Positions 36,731 to 45,131 of a stretch of DNA of 57,397 nucleotides are shown in pieces. This DNA comes from an uncultured Clostridia bacterium (GTDB taxonomy: Bacteria; Bacillota; Clostridia; Oscillospirales; QAKW01): contig CALGEL010000059.1 in the NCBI GenBank assembly GCA_937881855.1, positions 123,032-180,428 on the forward strand, read 5' to 3'. Numbering within the stretch: position 1 is the first letter of the stretch; each line of letters starts with the position of its first letter. Position numbers and translations under genes: made by a program. The notes under the pieces are model-generated. The model ran no database searches, had not been told where the DNA came from, and worked only from the letters and a program-made list of their open reading frames with translations.

Positions 36731-36769
36731 TGTAAAACCGGTGTGTCATAATGACACACCGGTTTTACA
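36731..36769 (+). terminator. Intrinsic terminator formed by a 39-bp perfect palindrome
   Basis: tgtaaaaccggtgtgtcat a atgacacaccggttttaca; the T run is part of the 3' arm. Confidence 0.75.
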
Positions 36770-36792
36770 TATAGTTTGAAGAGGTGATGGAG

Positions 36793-37479
36793 ATGCTTTT
36801 AAGAAAAATTAAAGGTATTACTATTGTTTTTTCAATCTGTGTTTTATTTGCTTTGACCGCCACTCAAATTGAATATTTTTCCAATGAACGCGTTTGCGCA
36901 AATAATGTCTCTTTTATTATTGACCCGGGACACGGTATTCCGGATGGGGGAGCGGTTGGTTCAGACGGAACCACCGAGCAAGAACTAAACTTAGCAATCT
37001 CGTTAAGGTTGTCGAAAAAACTCGAAAAGCTTGGTTTCCCAAATATTATGACCAGATCAGATGAGAATAGTATTTATGCAGAAGGGGAGACCATCCACCA
37101 AAAAAAGGTTTCTGATATTAACCAACGAATTAAACTTGCCAACGATTATAAAAGCATTCCTTTGATTAGCATTCATATGAATACATTTCCTAACCAAAGC
37201 GTCAAAGGAATTCAAGTTTTCTACTCCTCAACAAACGAACAATCCATGGATCTTGCCCAAAAGATACAAGCCGCTTTAAACGAGAAATTTCAAGCTGAAA
37301 AACCGCGGGTTATTAAATCTATACCAAAGAACATTTACCTATTTTCTCATATTAATAACCCTTCGATAATTATTGAATGTGGATTTATTTCCAATAATGA
37401 TGAGCTCAAACTTTTAAAAGATAATGAATATCAGGAAAATCTTGCCGATACAATCGCCACAGCTTTGGCCAACAGTTGA
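36793..37479 (+). CDS. cwlD: Germination-specific N-acetylmuramoyl-L-alanine amidase CwlD
   Basis: Signal anchor plus an Amidase_3 domain (IIDPGHG..DGGAVG, E..LNL.I...L, TR..D, R...AN......ISIH.N.F, G.QVFY). Size and context are CwlD-like. Start is ambiguous among 36784, 36787 and 36793. Confidence 0.7.
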   Translation: MLLRKIKGITIVFSICVLFALTATQIEYFSNERVCANNVSFIIDPGHGIPDGGAVGSDGTTEQELNLAISLRLSKKLEKLGFPNIMTRSDENSIYAEGETIHQKKVSDINQRIKLANDYKSIPLISIHMNTFPNQSVKGIQVFYSSTNEQSMDLAQKIQAALNEKFQAEKPRVIKSIPKNIYLFSHINNPSIIIECGFISNNDELKLLKDNEYQENLADTIATALANS

Positions 37480-37537
37480 CTTTGTCGAAAATATCATTTA
37501 AAATATAATAAAAAATATCAAGGCGGTATAAATAACT

Positions 37538-38890
37538 ATGCCAAAAATCAAGCAAGTATATATATGTACAGAATGTGGATATGAAAGCCCAAAATGGAAT
37601 GGGCAATGCCCTCATTGTAAGCAATGGAGCACCATGGAGGAGAAGATCGTCCAAGAAACCAAAGGATTTGCAGGTGCATCAAAGGCTATCGAAATTAAGC
37701 CGATCAAAGAAGTGGTCGGCGGAAGTGAGATGCGATTTTCCACCGGCCTTAAAGAACTTGATCGTGTTCTTGGCGGCGGCTTGGTGCACGGATCTCTGAC
37801 TTTGGTCGGGGGAGATCCCGGTATAGGCAAATCTACGCTTCTGCTCCAAATCTGCAAATACCTTGGTCGGGATAAATCAATACTTTATGTTTCCGGCGAA
37901 GAATCTATGAGTCAAATCAAACTGCGCGCAGAACGTTTGGGCGTTGACTCCGAGAACTTACTTTTAGCCTGCGAGACAAGTGTTGCCGCTATTCTAAATG
38001 CTTGCGGCACGCATAATCCCAACATTTTGATTGTTGATTCCATCCAGACGATGATGAGCGACCACGTATCCGGCACACCGGGAAGCGTTTCCCAAATTAA
38101 GGAAGCCACAGCCGCTTTTATGCATCTGGCAAAAATTCAAGGGATTACTGTCTTTATTATAGGACATGTAACAAAGGAAGGTGCACTTGCCGGCCCAAAG
38201 ATCTTAGAACATATGGTGGATACCGTTCTTTATTTTGAGGGAGATAAAAATCTTAATCACCGAATCCTTCGAACTGTTAAAAACCGCTTTGGATCCACAA
38301 ACGAAATCGGCGTCTTCGATATGCAAAGTGGGGGATTGGTAGAAGTTGATAATCCCTCAAAAATGTTTTTGGATGGGCGGCCGGAGAATGTTCCCGGAAC
38401 TTGCGTCACCTGTATGTTAGAAGGGACACGCCCCATCTTAGCCGAAATCCAAGCGCTGGTCTCAAAAACAAGCTATCCTGTTCCGCGCCGAATGGCAAAT
38501 GGTATTGATTTTAACCGTATGGCTTTATTGATCGCGGTACTCGAGAAACGTGCCAATTTTGCATTGTATAATCAAGATGCATATTTAAATGTTGTGGGTG
38601 GTTTTCGAGTCGTCGAAACTGCTGCCGATTTAGCGATAGTATTAGCAATTGCCTCCGCCTTTTCTGATTTCGAAATGCCGGGTGATTTAATCGCTGTTGG
38701 TGAAATCGGGCTATCCGGAGAAATCAGAGCTGTTTCCTTTATTGAAAAACGCATTAAAGAAGCGCAAAAGCTTGGTTTTTCGCGTATTATGATCCCATCA
38801 AGGAATAAGTTGACCGAATCTTTTGATGGAATTGAAATCATCAAAGTTTCCTCTGTATCCCAAGCTATCTTTAAAATGAGAAATAAATAA
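37538..38890 (+). CDS. radA: DNA repair protein RadA/Sms
   Basis: N-terminal zinc finger C.ECG......W.G.C..C, Walker A GGDPGIGKSTLLLQ, the KNRFG motif, and a Lon-like C-domain. Confidence 0.95.
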   Translation: MPKIKQVYICTECGYESPKWNGQCPHCKQWSTMEEKIVQETKGFAGASKAIEIKPIKEVVGGSEMRFSTGLKELDRVLGGGLVHGSLTLVGGDPGIGKSTLLLQICKYLGRDKSILYVSGEESMSQIKLRAERLGVDSENLLLACETSVAAILNACGTHNPNILIVDSIQTMMSDHVSGTPGSVSQIKEATAAFMHLAKIQGITVFIIGHVTKEGALAGPKILEHMVDTVLYFEGDKNLNHRILRTVKNRFGSTNEIGVFDMQSGGLVEVDNPSKMFLDGRPENVPGTCVTCMLEGTRPILAEIQALVSKTSYPVPRRMANGIDFNRMALLIAVLEKRANFALYNQDAYLNVVGGFRVVETAADLAIVLAIASAFSDFEMPGDLIAVGEIGLSGEIRAVSFIEKRIKEAQKLGFSRIMIPSRNKLTESFDGIEIIKVSSVSQAIFKMRNK

Positions 38891-38891
38891 T

Positions 38892-38925
38892 AAATGCCCT
38901 GCTTACGCAGGGCATTTAATTTATC
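38892..38925. terminator. Bidirectional terminator between radA and the HD gene
   Basis: Stem aaatgccctgc pairs with gcagggcattt and has T-rich flanks. Confidence 0.8.
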
Positions 38926-39514
38926 TTTTTTCTTCGAGATAAAGGGATGCTTCCATATCCGCTGTTGCCAGAGCAAAGGCGAGGGGATACATTTCAAACG
39001 CTTTGGAACAATTTCGAATGTCCTTCTCTTCAGAAAATCCCATATGGTACCGAATTGCAAATGCCTCTTCTCGTGTTAGACGCATAAATCCACCGATAAT
39101 GTAAACACTTTTTTCGCCATGTCCATAGGGTAGATTGTCGTCAAACTCATAGTAGGGGACCTTTTCCCAAACACCGGCATCGTTTTTAACATTACGCATA
39201 GAGGTCTTATATACATTCACCTTGCAAAGATCGTGTAATAAGGAAACAATTGCAACGCTCTCTTCGCTATATTCATTAGAAAATAAAGTTTTCGTATAGG
39301 GCCTTTTTAAATATTCATTTAAGCATTGATAGACATTTAAGCTATGCTCACAAAGACCGCCCGGATAGTTCCCGTGAAAGCGGGTGCTGGCAGGTGCAGT
39401 GAAAAAATCCGATCCGTTGCTGCAAAGATATTCAAGCAGTTCTTCGGCTCCTTCGCGCTTGATTTTTGAGCGATATAGATCGCAAAATTTTTGTTTTAGC
39501 TCAATCATTTCCAT
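38921..39514 (-). CDS. HD-domain phosphohydrolase
   Basis: FHGNYPGGLCEHSL and LLHDLCK (the H...HD metal motif). The start is probably MEMIEL (39514), overlapping the ytvI stop by about 14 nt. Confidence 0.7.
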   Translation of the reverse strand: MEMIELKQKFCDLYRSKIKREGAEELLEYLCSNGSDFFTAPASTRFHGNYPGGLCEHSLNVYQCLNEYLKRPYTKTLFSNEYSEESVAIVSLLHDLCKVNVYKTSMRNVKNDAGVWEKVPYYEFDDNLPYGHGEKSVYIIGGFMRLTREEAFAIRYHMGFSEEKDIRNCSKAFEMYPLAFALATADMEASLYLEEKR

Positions 39515-40628
39515 TGTTACTCTCTTCCTTTTCAATTTTTTCTTCAAGAGTTGTTTTCCAAAGATTGATTTTACCGCTCTCTTGGAGATTCTTTAAAATA
39601 ACAACCGTAATGGGAATCAAAAACATACCCAAAAATCCAAAAAGTTTCAAACCAACCCAAATGCAGAATAAGGTCAATATCGGCATCATTCCGACATGAT
39701 CGCCAATCACTTTGGGCTCTAAAACTTGACGAACGATTGTTATGACGATATACATACAAATCAAAATTAATGCACGCCAAGGGGCACCGGTGAGCAGCGA
39801 AACCAACGACCAAGGAATCAAAATTGTTCCCACACCCAAAACAGGTAAAATATCAACGATTGAAATTAAAAAAGCAAGGGGAAGGGCAGGCTCAAATCCA
39901 AAAATCAAAAAGAATATAAGAAGCTCAGCAAATGTAATAAACATCAATATGGAATAAGAGCGAAGATATTTTCCAACGGTTGAAAAAAAGGTTTTCTTAA
40001 TATCAATGATCAAGTTTTGTTGTTGCGGTTTAAACTGCGCTAAAATGAACGACTTGACCTTAGGGAAGGAGATGGACATAAAGAAACTCGAAACAATCGT
40101 AACAATGCAAAAAACTAATACATTTGGGATCTGTATAACCATATTTCCGGCATAGCCCAAAACAGAGCCACCGATCGTTCCTGTAAACAACGCGCTATAA
40201 TCATAGTTTGCAACATAATCCATTACTTTTGCAATGGATTCATCCGATAAATGAGAAAAAATACCGGTATCGTTTTGCATTAAATGCTTGATGTGTTCTG
40301 CAATCGCCGCAATATAGCTCGGAAGGCGCAAAATCAGACCCTTGCCTTCTTTCCAGATAAAGACAGATATAAATGCCGCAACCGCAAAAAAGACAATCAA
40401 CAGCAAAATAATACCAATCGTGCTGGCGGCAGCGCGTGGCAGACGGACTTTTGAAACCAAAAAGCGAACAATAGGTTCAACCAGCGATGCAGCTACAAAC
40501 GCAATAATAAACGGTGCAATCGCCCCAAACACATAGCGCACAGCTAAATAACCCAAAAACAAAAATACAGCAATAAACGCAAATTGAATTAGATAATGCA
40601 GTTTTTTATAATCTTTTTTAGATAACAT
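39501..40628 (-). CDS. ytvI: AI-2E/PerM-family membrane protein, sporulation YtvI-like
   Basis: About 375 aa and 8 TM segments, with the C-terminal family motif LEPKV.G..VG..P..TLF...G...FG..GMF. The YtvI subfamily call is by resemblance and sporulation context. Start moved to ATG 40628. Confidence 0.6.
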   Translation of the reverse strand: MLSKKDYKKLHYLIQFAFIAVFLFLGYLAVRYVFGAIAPFIIAFVAASLVEPIVRFLVSKVRLPRAAASTIGIILLLIVFFAVAAFISVFIWKEGKGLILRLPSYIAAIAEHIKHLMQNDTGIFSHLSDESIAKVMDYVANYDYSALFTGTIGGSVLGYAGNMVIQIPNVLVFCIVTIVSSFFMSISFPKVKSFILAQFKPQQQNLIIDIKKTFFSTVGKYLRSYSILMFITFAELLIFFLIFGFEPALPLAFLISIVDILPVLGVGTILIPWSLVSLLTGAPWRALILICMYIVITIVRQVLEPKVIGDHVGMMPILTLFCIWVGLKLFGFLGMFLIPITVVILKNLQESGKINLWKTTLEEKIEKEESNNGND

Positions 40629-40710
40629 TCTTACTCTCCAAATTTTATTTAATTTATTATAACACATAAATATTGTAAAAATAAAGTATATTTGGAAAAA
40701 AGTTTTTACC

Positions 40711-40739
40711 TTGAATTTTTCTCGCTATTATGATATAGT
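40711..40739 (+). promoter_or_regulatory. Candidate sigma-A promoter for the ACT/aspartokinase pair
   Basis: TTGAAT (40711-40716), a 17-nt spacer, then TATAGT (40734-40739). Confidence 0.5.
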
Positions 40740-40783
40740 GTTTTTTGCATGAGTACATTTGTAGTTCTTGAAAGGAATTTATT

Positions 40784-41227
40784 ATGAAACAGGAATATTA
40801 TCTGATCGACAAAAGCGTATTACCGGAAATTTTTTCAAAGGTTGTCGAGGCAAAGCGTCTGTTGCAAACAGGGCAATGCAAGACTGTAAACGATGCTACA
40901 AAAAAAGTAAATATTTCAAGAAGTGTTTTTTATAAATATCGCGATTTTGTCCATGTTTTTTTAGAAAAAGATCAGCAGAACATTATAACAATTATTTTAT
41001 ACCTTTCCGATCAAATCGGTGTGTTATCCCGCGTTTTATCGTTAATGTCTTCTTTGGGAGCAAGTATATTGACAATCAATCAAAATATTCCTGTAAACGG
41101 TATCGCTCCGGTCTCAATCTCATTTGATACATTGAATATGGATACCGATTTGGATTCGTTGTTTGATGATATGAAAAAACTAAACGGTGTACTAAGTGTC
41201 AAACCTGTGGCAAAAGAACGCGGTTAG
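40784..41227 (+). CDS. Stand-alone ACT-domain protein (UPF0735/PheB-like)
   Basis: 147 aa. An N-terminal helical segment (SRSVFYKYRD) is followed by an ACT fold (ITIILYLSDQIGVLSRVLSLMSSLGASILTINQ). Size and layout match B. subtilis PheB-type proteins. Confidence 0.7.
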   Translation: MKQEYYLIDKSVLPEIFSKVVEAKRLLQTGQCKTVNDATKKVNISRSVFYKYRDFVHVFLEKDQQNIITIILYLSDQIGVLSRVLSLMSSLGASILTINQNIPVNGIAPVSISFDTLNMDTDLDSLFDDMKKLNGVLSVKPVAKERG

Positions 41228-41268
41228 AATATTATAAACCATAGAACCACAAAGTTTTGGAGGTTTTT

Positions 41269-41994
41269 ATGGGCCTTATTATACAAAAATTCGGAGGGAC
41301 CTCGGTTGCCGATCGGGTTTGTTTATATAATGTGGCCAATATCATTGCCCGAAGAATCAAAGAAGGTCATCAGGTTGTTACCGTCGTTTCGGCCCAAGGC
41401 GATGATACAGACCATTTATATGCCAAAGCTGTCGAGATTGATTCCAAACCCAACCCAAGAGAGTTGGATGCTTTGCTTTCCTCAGGTGAACAAATATCCG
41501 CCTCATTACTCGCAATAACATTAAATTCAATGAATATACCGGCAATATCGCTCACAGGGGCGCAGGCCGGTATTTTAACCGATCAAGCGTATGGGGACGC
41601 AGAAATCAAAGCCATCAACCCCGATTATATTCGCAAGCATCTTGACGAAGGAAAAACCGTCATTGTTACCGGTTTTCAAGGAGTCGATGAGCATGGGAAT
41701 ATAACAACATTGGGTAGGGGAGGATCCGATACCTCCGCTGTCGCATTAGCTGCATATTTGAATGCAAATATTTGCAGAATTTATAAAGATGTGGATGGAA
41801 TCTATTCCACCGACCCACGAAAAGATTTAAATGCAAAAAAATATAACAATTTAACCTACGATCAAATGCTGAAAATTGCCGATAAAGGATCGCAAGTTCT
41901 TCAAAGAAGAAGCATCGAGATGGCAAAAGAACATCGTATCGAGCTTCAAATCTTATCCAGTTTTCAGCACAGTTCGGGAACCATTATTTGCTAA
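41269..41994 (+). CDS. Aspartate kinase catalytic domain only, with no C-terminal ACT domains
   Basis: IQKFGGTSV, VVSAQGDDTD, LLSSGEQISASLLA, and GFQG....G.ITTLGRGGSDTSAVALAA.L.A....IYKDVDGIYSTDPR. The ORF stops at 241 aa (...SSFQHSSGTIIC), where canonical ~400-aa aspartokinases continue into two ACT domains. ATG 41269 follows ggagg. Confidence 0.8.
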   Translation: MGLIIQKFGGTSVADRVCLYNVANIIARRIKEGHQVVTVVSAQGDDTDHLYAKAVEIDSKPNPRELDALLSSGEQISASLLAITLNSMNIPAISLTGAQAGILTDQAYGDAEIKAINPDYIRKHLDEGKTVIVTGFQGVDEHGNITTLGRGGSDTSAVALAAYLNANICRIYKDVDGIYSTDPRKDLNAKKYNNLTYDQMLKIADKGSQVLQRRSIEMAKEHRIELQILSSFQHSSGTIIC

Positions 41995-42031
41995 AAAATG
42001 AGCGGTAATTCCTTTGAATTACCGCTCATTT
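41993..42031. terminator. Terminator shared by the aspartokinase (+) and sigK (-)
   Basis: A 14-bp stem (aatgagcggtaatt / aattaccgctcatt) with an A6 run on the + side, which reads as a T6 run for sigK. The sigK stop codon lies within the stem. Confidence 0.8.
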
Positions 42032-42711
42032 GATTTCATAAAATATTCATTCATTCTTTTGATTGCACGACTTTCAATTCTGGATACATAGCTTCGGGAA
42101 ATGCCAAGTTTTTTTGATATTTCCCGCTGAGTATATGCTTTTTGATTGTACAATCCGTAACGCATAATCAGAATCTTTTTTTCGCGTTCGGGAAATTTTT
42201 CCAAAAATTCATATAGTTTTTTGCTGTTTATTTTTAAATCCAGATTTTCGGCAAAGTATTCTTCTTCATAAATTACATCTAAAAAAGTAAGTGAATTTCC
42301 TTCGGAATCTGTTTCGATCGGATCACTGATGTTTACATCATTTTGTCTCTTTTTTTGGTTTCTGAAATACATTAAAATCTCATTTTCTATGCATCTTGCA
42401 GCATATGTTGCAAGGCGTGCGCCTTTTTTGTGATTAAATGTGGAAATTCCCTTTATTAAACCGATTGTGCCGATGGATACAAGGTCGTCTTGATCCTTAC
42501 TCGTTGCATAATATTTTTTAATAATATGCGCAACCAACCTTAAATTTCGTTCAATCAAAACATTCCTTGCCTCAATATTACCATTTTTAAATTCTTCCAA
42601 ATAATATCTTTCTTCAGCCATCGTCAAGGGTTTTGGAAAGGTTGCCCCTCCGGTTAAATGCAGCATCAAAAAGATCGTTTGGTCTAAAAAATATTGTAGT
42701 GGTAAAAACAA
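42019..42711 (-). CDS. sigK: Sporulation sigma factor pro-sigma-K, uninterrupted
   Basis: FPKPL, LIERNLRLVAHIIKKY, DLVSIGTIGLIKGI, ATYAARCIENEILM, DPIETDSEGN and ISRSYVSRIE resemble SigK more than SigE or SigG. I place the start at TTG 42711, six nt after GAGGTG, giving a pro-sequence of about 24 aa. Track start 42798 is probably too long. Confidence 0.8.
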   Translation of the reverse strand: MFLPLQYFLDQTIFLMLHLTGGATFPKPLTMAEERYYLEEFKNGNIEARNVLIERNLRLVAHIIKKYYATSKDQDDLVSIGTIGLIKGISTFNHKKGARLATYAARCIENEILMYFRNQKKRQNDVNISDPIETDSEGNSLTFLDVIYEEEYFAENLDLKINSKKLYEFLEKFPEREKKILIMRYGLYNQKAYTQREISKKLGISRSYVSRIESRAIKRMNEYFMKSNER

Positions 42712-42826
42712 TCTTCTCACCTCAATTTGAAGTCTATGCAAAATCCCGCTTGTCTGTTGACGAAAGAAATGAAAATAACTTGCAGAAACATAAAACATAA
42801 TATATAATTTAAGTTAGGTGATAAAA

Positions 42827-43198
42827 ATGATCGAAATCAGAAAGATTACAGACGAACAAACCGCGCAAAAAATATGCGTTGCGCACAATATTGATTGGAA
42901 CCCCGCAAATCACGTTATTGCGACAATAGAGCAAGGAGAAATTCTTCATTTTGCAGTCTTTGAATATAACGGTGAAATGGGGAAAATCCATGCAATAAGC
43001 GGGTTTGACGGTGATATCCTAATGTTAGACGGACTATGCCGTGCAATATTGAATATTATGGATATCAACGGTGTAAAGTATGTTTACTTGCCACTTGAAT
43101 ATAATGAACTAGCCGAAAAAATCGGGTTTAAAAACCAAAATGACTGTTATTATTTAGTTTTAGATGGTTTTTTTAATTGCGGATGCCACCGGGGTTAA
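42827..43198 (+). CDS. Small hypothetical protein, possibly GNAT-like, with C-terminal NCGCH
   Basis: 123 aa from ATG 42827, which follows aggtga. I do not recognise a family with confidence. Confidence 0.45.
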   Translation: MIEIRKITDEQTAQKICVAHNIDWNPANHVIATIEQGEILHFAVFEYNGEMGKIHAISGFDGDILMLDGLCRAILNIMDINGVKYVYLPLEYNELAEKIGFKNQNDCYYLVLDGFFNCGCHRG

Positions 43199-43211
43199 AG
43201 GGGAGATCATC

Positions 43212-44009
43212 ATGAAATTAAACGAGAAGAAATTGTTTTTATTAGATATGGATGGAACGATCTATTTAGATAACAATTTATTCGATGGAACTGTTGATTT
43301 CTTAGATTATGTAAGCAAAATCAATGGAAAAGTGATGTATTTAACGAACAACAGTTCTAAAAGCGTCAAAAAATACATAGAAAAACTTAGCCAACTCGGA
43401 ATTAATGCGAAGGAATCAGATTTTACAACATCGGCGCAAGCAACCGCTGAATATTTATTAAAAACACATCCAACGGACTTATTATATGTATTTGGGACTC
43501 AAGCTTTAAAGGATGAATTGATTTCTTATGGATTAAATATTACAGACAAGCTTTCTGATGAAATTAAATGTCTTGTAATGGGGTTTGATACGGAATTAAC
43601 CTTTCAAAAACTGGAAGACGCATGTATCTTATTAAATCGGGGAGTTGATTATATTGCAACAAATCCCGATTGGGTTTGCCCAACATGGTATGGATCGGTT
43701 CCGGATTGCGGCTCGGTCGCTGAGATGCTTTATAATGCGACGAAGCGTAGACCCAAATTCATTGGCAAACCTGAACCCACAATGATTGAAATTGCAATCA
43801 AAAAAACAGGGTTTACAAAAGAAGAATCCATCATTTTAGGAGACCGTTTATATACAGATATTGCGAGCGGCAGTAATGCAGGAATTGAAACCGCGTTAAT
43901 GTTAAGTGGTGAATCCACAATGAAAGATGTCGAAGCGTTTGAAGGAAAGAAACCCACTTATATATTTAATAATATAAGATGTTTTTTAAATGCAATTTTA
44001 GAGCAATGA
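43212..44009 (+). CDS. HAD-IIA family phosphatase (NagD/YutF-like)
   Basis: LLDMDGTIY motif I, LTNNS motif II, and GKP...GDRLYTDI motifs III/IV. Start is ATG 43212; track start 43164 overlaps the previous ORF. Confidence 0.75.
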   Translation: MKLNEKKLFLLDMDGTIYLDNNLFDGTVDFLDYVSKINGKVMYLTNNSSKSVKKYIEKLSQLGINAKESDFTTSAQATAEYLLKTHPTDLLYVFGTQALKDELISYGLNITDKLSDEIKCLVMGFDTELTFQKLEDACILLNRGVDYIATNPDWVCPTWYGSVPDCGSVAEMLYNATKRRPKFIGKPEPTMIEIAIKKTGFTKEESIILGDRLYTDIASGSNAGIETALMLSGESTMKDVEAFEGKKPTYIFNNIRCFLNAILEQ

Positions 44010-44046
44010 TGCTTAATATTACAATTTTTTCTTAAAAGTTCTCCCC

Positions 44047-44080
44047 TTAACTGCGCAAAATATTCATTTTGTGCAGTTAA
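44047..44080. other. 15-bp-arm palindrome: a recombinase core-site-like element or an atypical terminator
   Basis: TTAACTGCGCAAAAT attc ATTTTGTGCAGTTAA has one G.T position and no adjacent T run. It lies 24 nt upstream of the Xer-like recombinase start. Confidence 0.4.
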
Positions 44081-44103
44081 TACTGTTTTAAAGGACGTAT
44101 GTT

Positions 44104-45087
44104 ATGATCAACTATGAATCTCTTCCCCAAACATTAAAAGACTTTATTTTTTATCTCGAAGTTGTTGCGGGGAAATCAAAATCAACTACATATGAATATT
44201 TACTGGATTTAGAAAACTTTTTTCGTTTTATGCGTTACAAAAAGGATAAATTTCCACCGCAAACGAAGTTGCATGATATCCCTATCAATGAAATTGATAT
44301 CGATTTTGTATCTTCCATTACATTGGAGGACATTTACGAATATTTTTATTATCTGCGCGAAAAGCGAAATAATAATTCAAGAACTATCGCTCGCAAAATG
44401 TCTACCCTTCGTGTTTATTTTCGCTATATGACTCAAAGAATGCATCATCTTAAATCAAATCCGATGGATAATGTGCAGACCCCTTCCCTACCCAAGACCT
44501 TACCCAAATATCTAACGTTGGAAGAAAGCACTGAATTATTGGCAGCAATCAAAAAGAGCCGCCGAGATTATGCGATTATTACATTATTTTTGAATTGTGG
44601 GATGCGACTTGCAGAGCTTGTATCTTTAAACATCAATGATATTAAAAATGAATATGTTGTTATCACCGGTAAAGGCAATAAACAACGCACTATTCATTTA
44701 AACCAAGCTTGTCGTAATGCTATTGATGGTTATTTAAAATACGAACGTCCTACCGAAGGATTAAAAGACCCCGATGCTTTATTTATCAGCAGAAATATGC
44801 AACGTATTTCGAGACGAGCAGTTCAAAATTTAGTTGAGAAATACTTAAAAATTGCGGGTTTAAATGATCGAAAAATATCTACACACAAACTGCGCCATAC
44901 CGCCGCCACTTTAATGCACCGTCACGGCCATGTAGATATTCGTGTACTACAAGAGATCTTGGGGCACGAAAACCTTGGTACAACGCAAATTTACACCCAT
45001 GTAGATAGCGAATCGATAAAAGAAGCGTCGATGAGCAATCCCCTATCGAAATTTCACCAAAGAACAACCGAATCAGATGAAAAGTAA
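44104..45087 (+). CDS. Xer-family tyrosine recombinase (XerC-like)
   Basis: 327 aa. The N-terminal core-binding domain reads S..TTYEYLLDLENFFRF. Catalytic motifs are GMRLAELVSL, HKLRHTAATLM and LGHENLGTTQIYTHV. Confidence 0.8.
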   Translation: MINYESLPQTLKDFIFYLEVVAGKSKSTTYEYLLDLENFFRFMRYKKDKFPPQTKLHDIPINEIDIDFVSSITLEDIYEYFYYLREKRNNNSRTIARKMSTLRVYFRYMTQRMHHLKSNPMDNVQTPSLPKTLPKYLTLEESTELLAAIKKSRRDYAIITLFLNCGMRLAELVSLNINDIKNEYVVITGKGNKQRTIHLNQACRNAIDGYLKYERPTEGLKDPDALFISRNMQRISRRAVQNLVEKYLKIAGLNDRKISTHKLRHTAATLMHRHGHVDIRVLQEILGHENLGTTQIYTHVDSESIKEASMSNPLSKFHQRTTESDEK

Positions 45088-45120
45088 AAAAAGAAGCACG
45101 AAATTTTCGTGCTTCTTTTA
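45086..45120. terminator. Bidirectional terminator
   Basis: Stem aagaagcacgaaa pairs with tttcgtgcttctt, with A and T runs on either side. Confidence 0.85.
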
Positions 45121-45131
45121 ATTTAATATTA

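Noticed and set aside
38572-39060. A 162-aa - strand ORF spanning the radA 3' end, the terminator and the HD gene 3' end
   Set aside because: It crosses a bidirectional terminator and overlaps two better-supported CDSs, so it is not credible as a gene.
42712-42760. A sigma-K/sigma-E-type promoter for sigK (AC-17-CATAGACTT with an AGACAAG SpoIIID-like box)
   Set aside because: The -10 element would sit only about 6 nt before the GAGGTG RBS, leaving almost no leader, and its last position mismatches the consensus. This is too weak to annotate.
44104-45087. The second tyrosine recombinase as a marker of an integrated mobile element or prophage
   Set aside because: There are no flanking phage, conjugation or transposition genes, no direct repeats that I could find, and the neighbours are housekeeping genes. 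A chromosomal Xer-type role is more economical.
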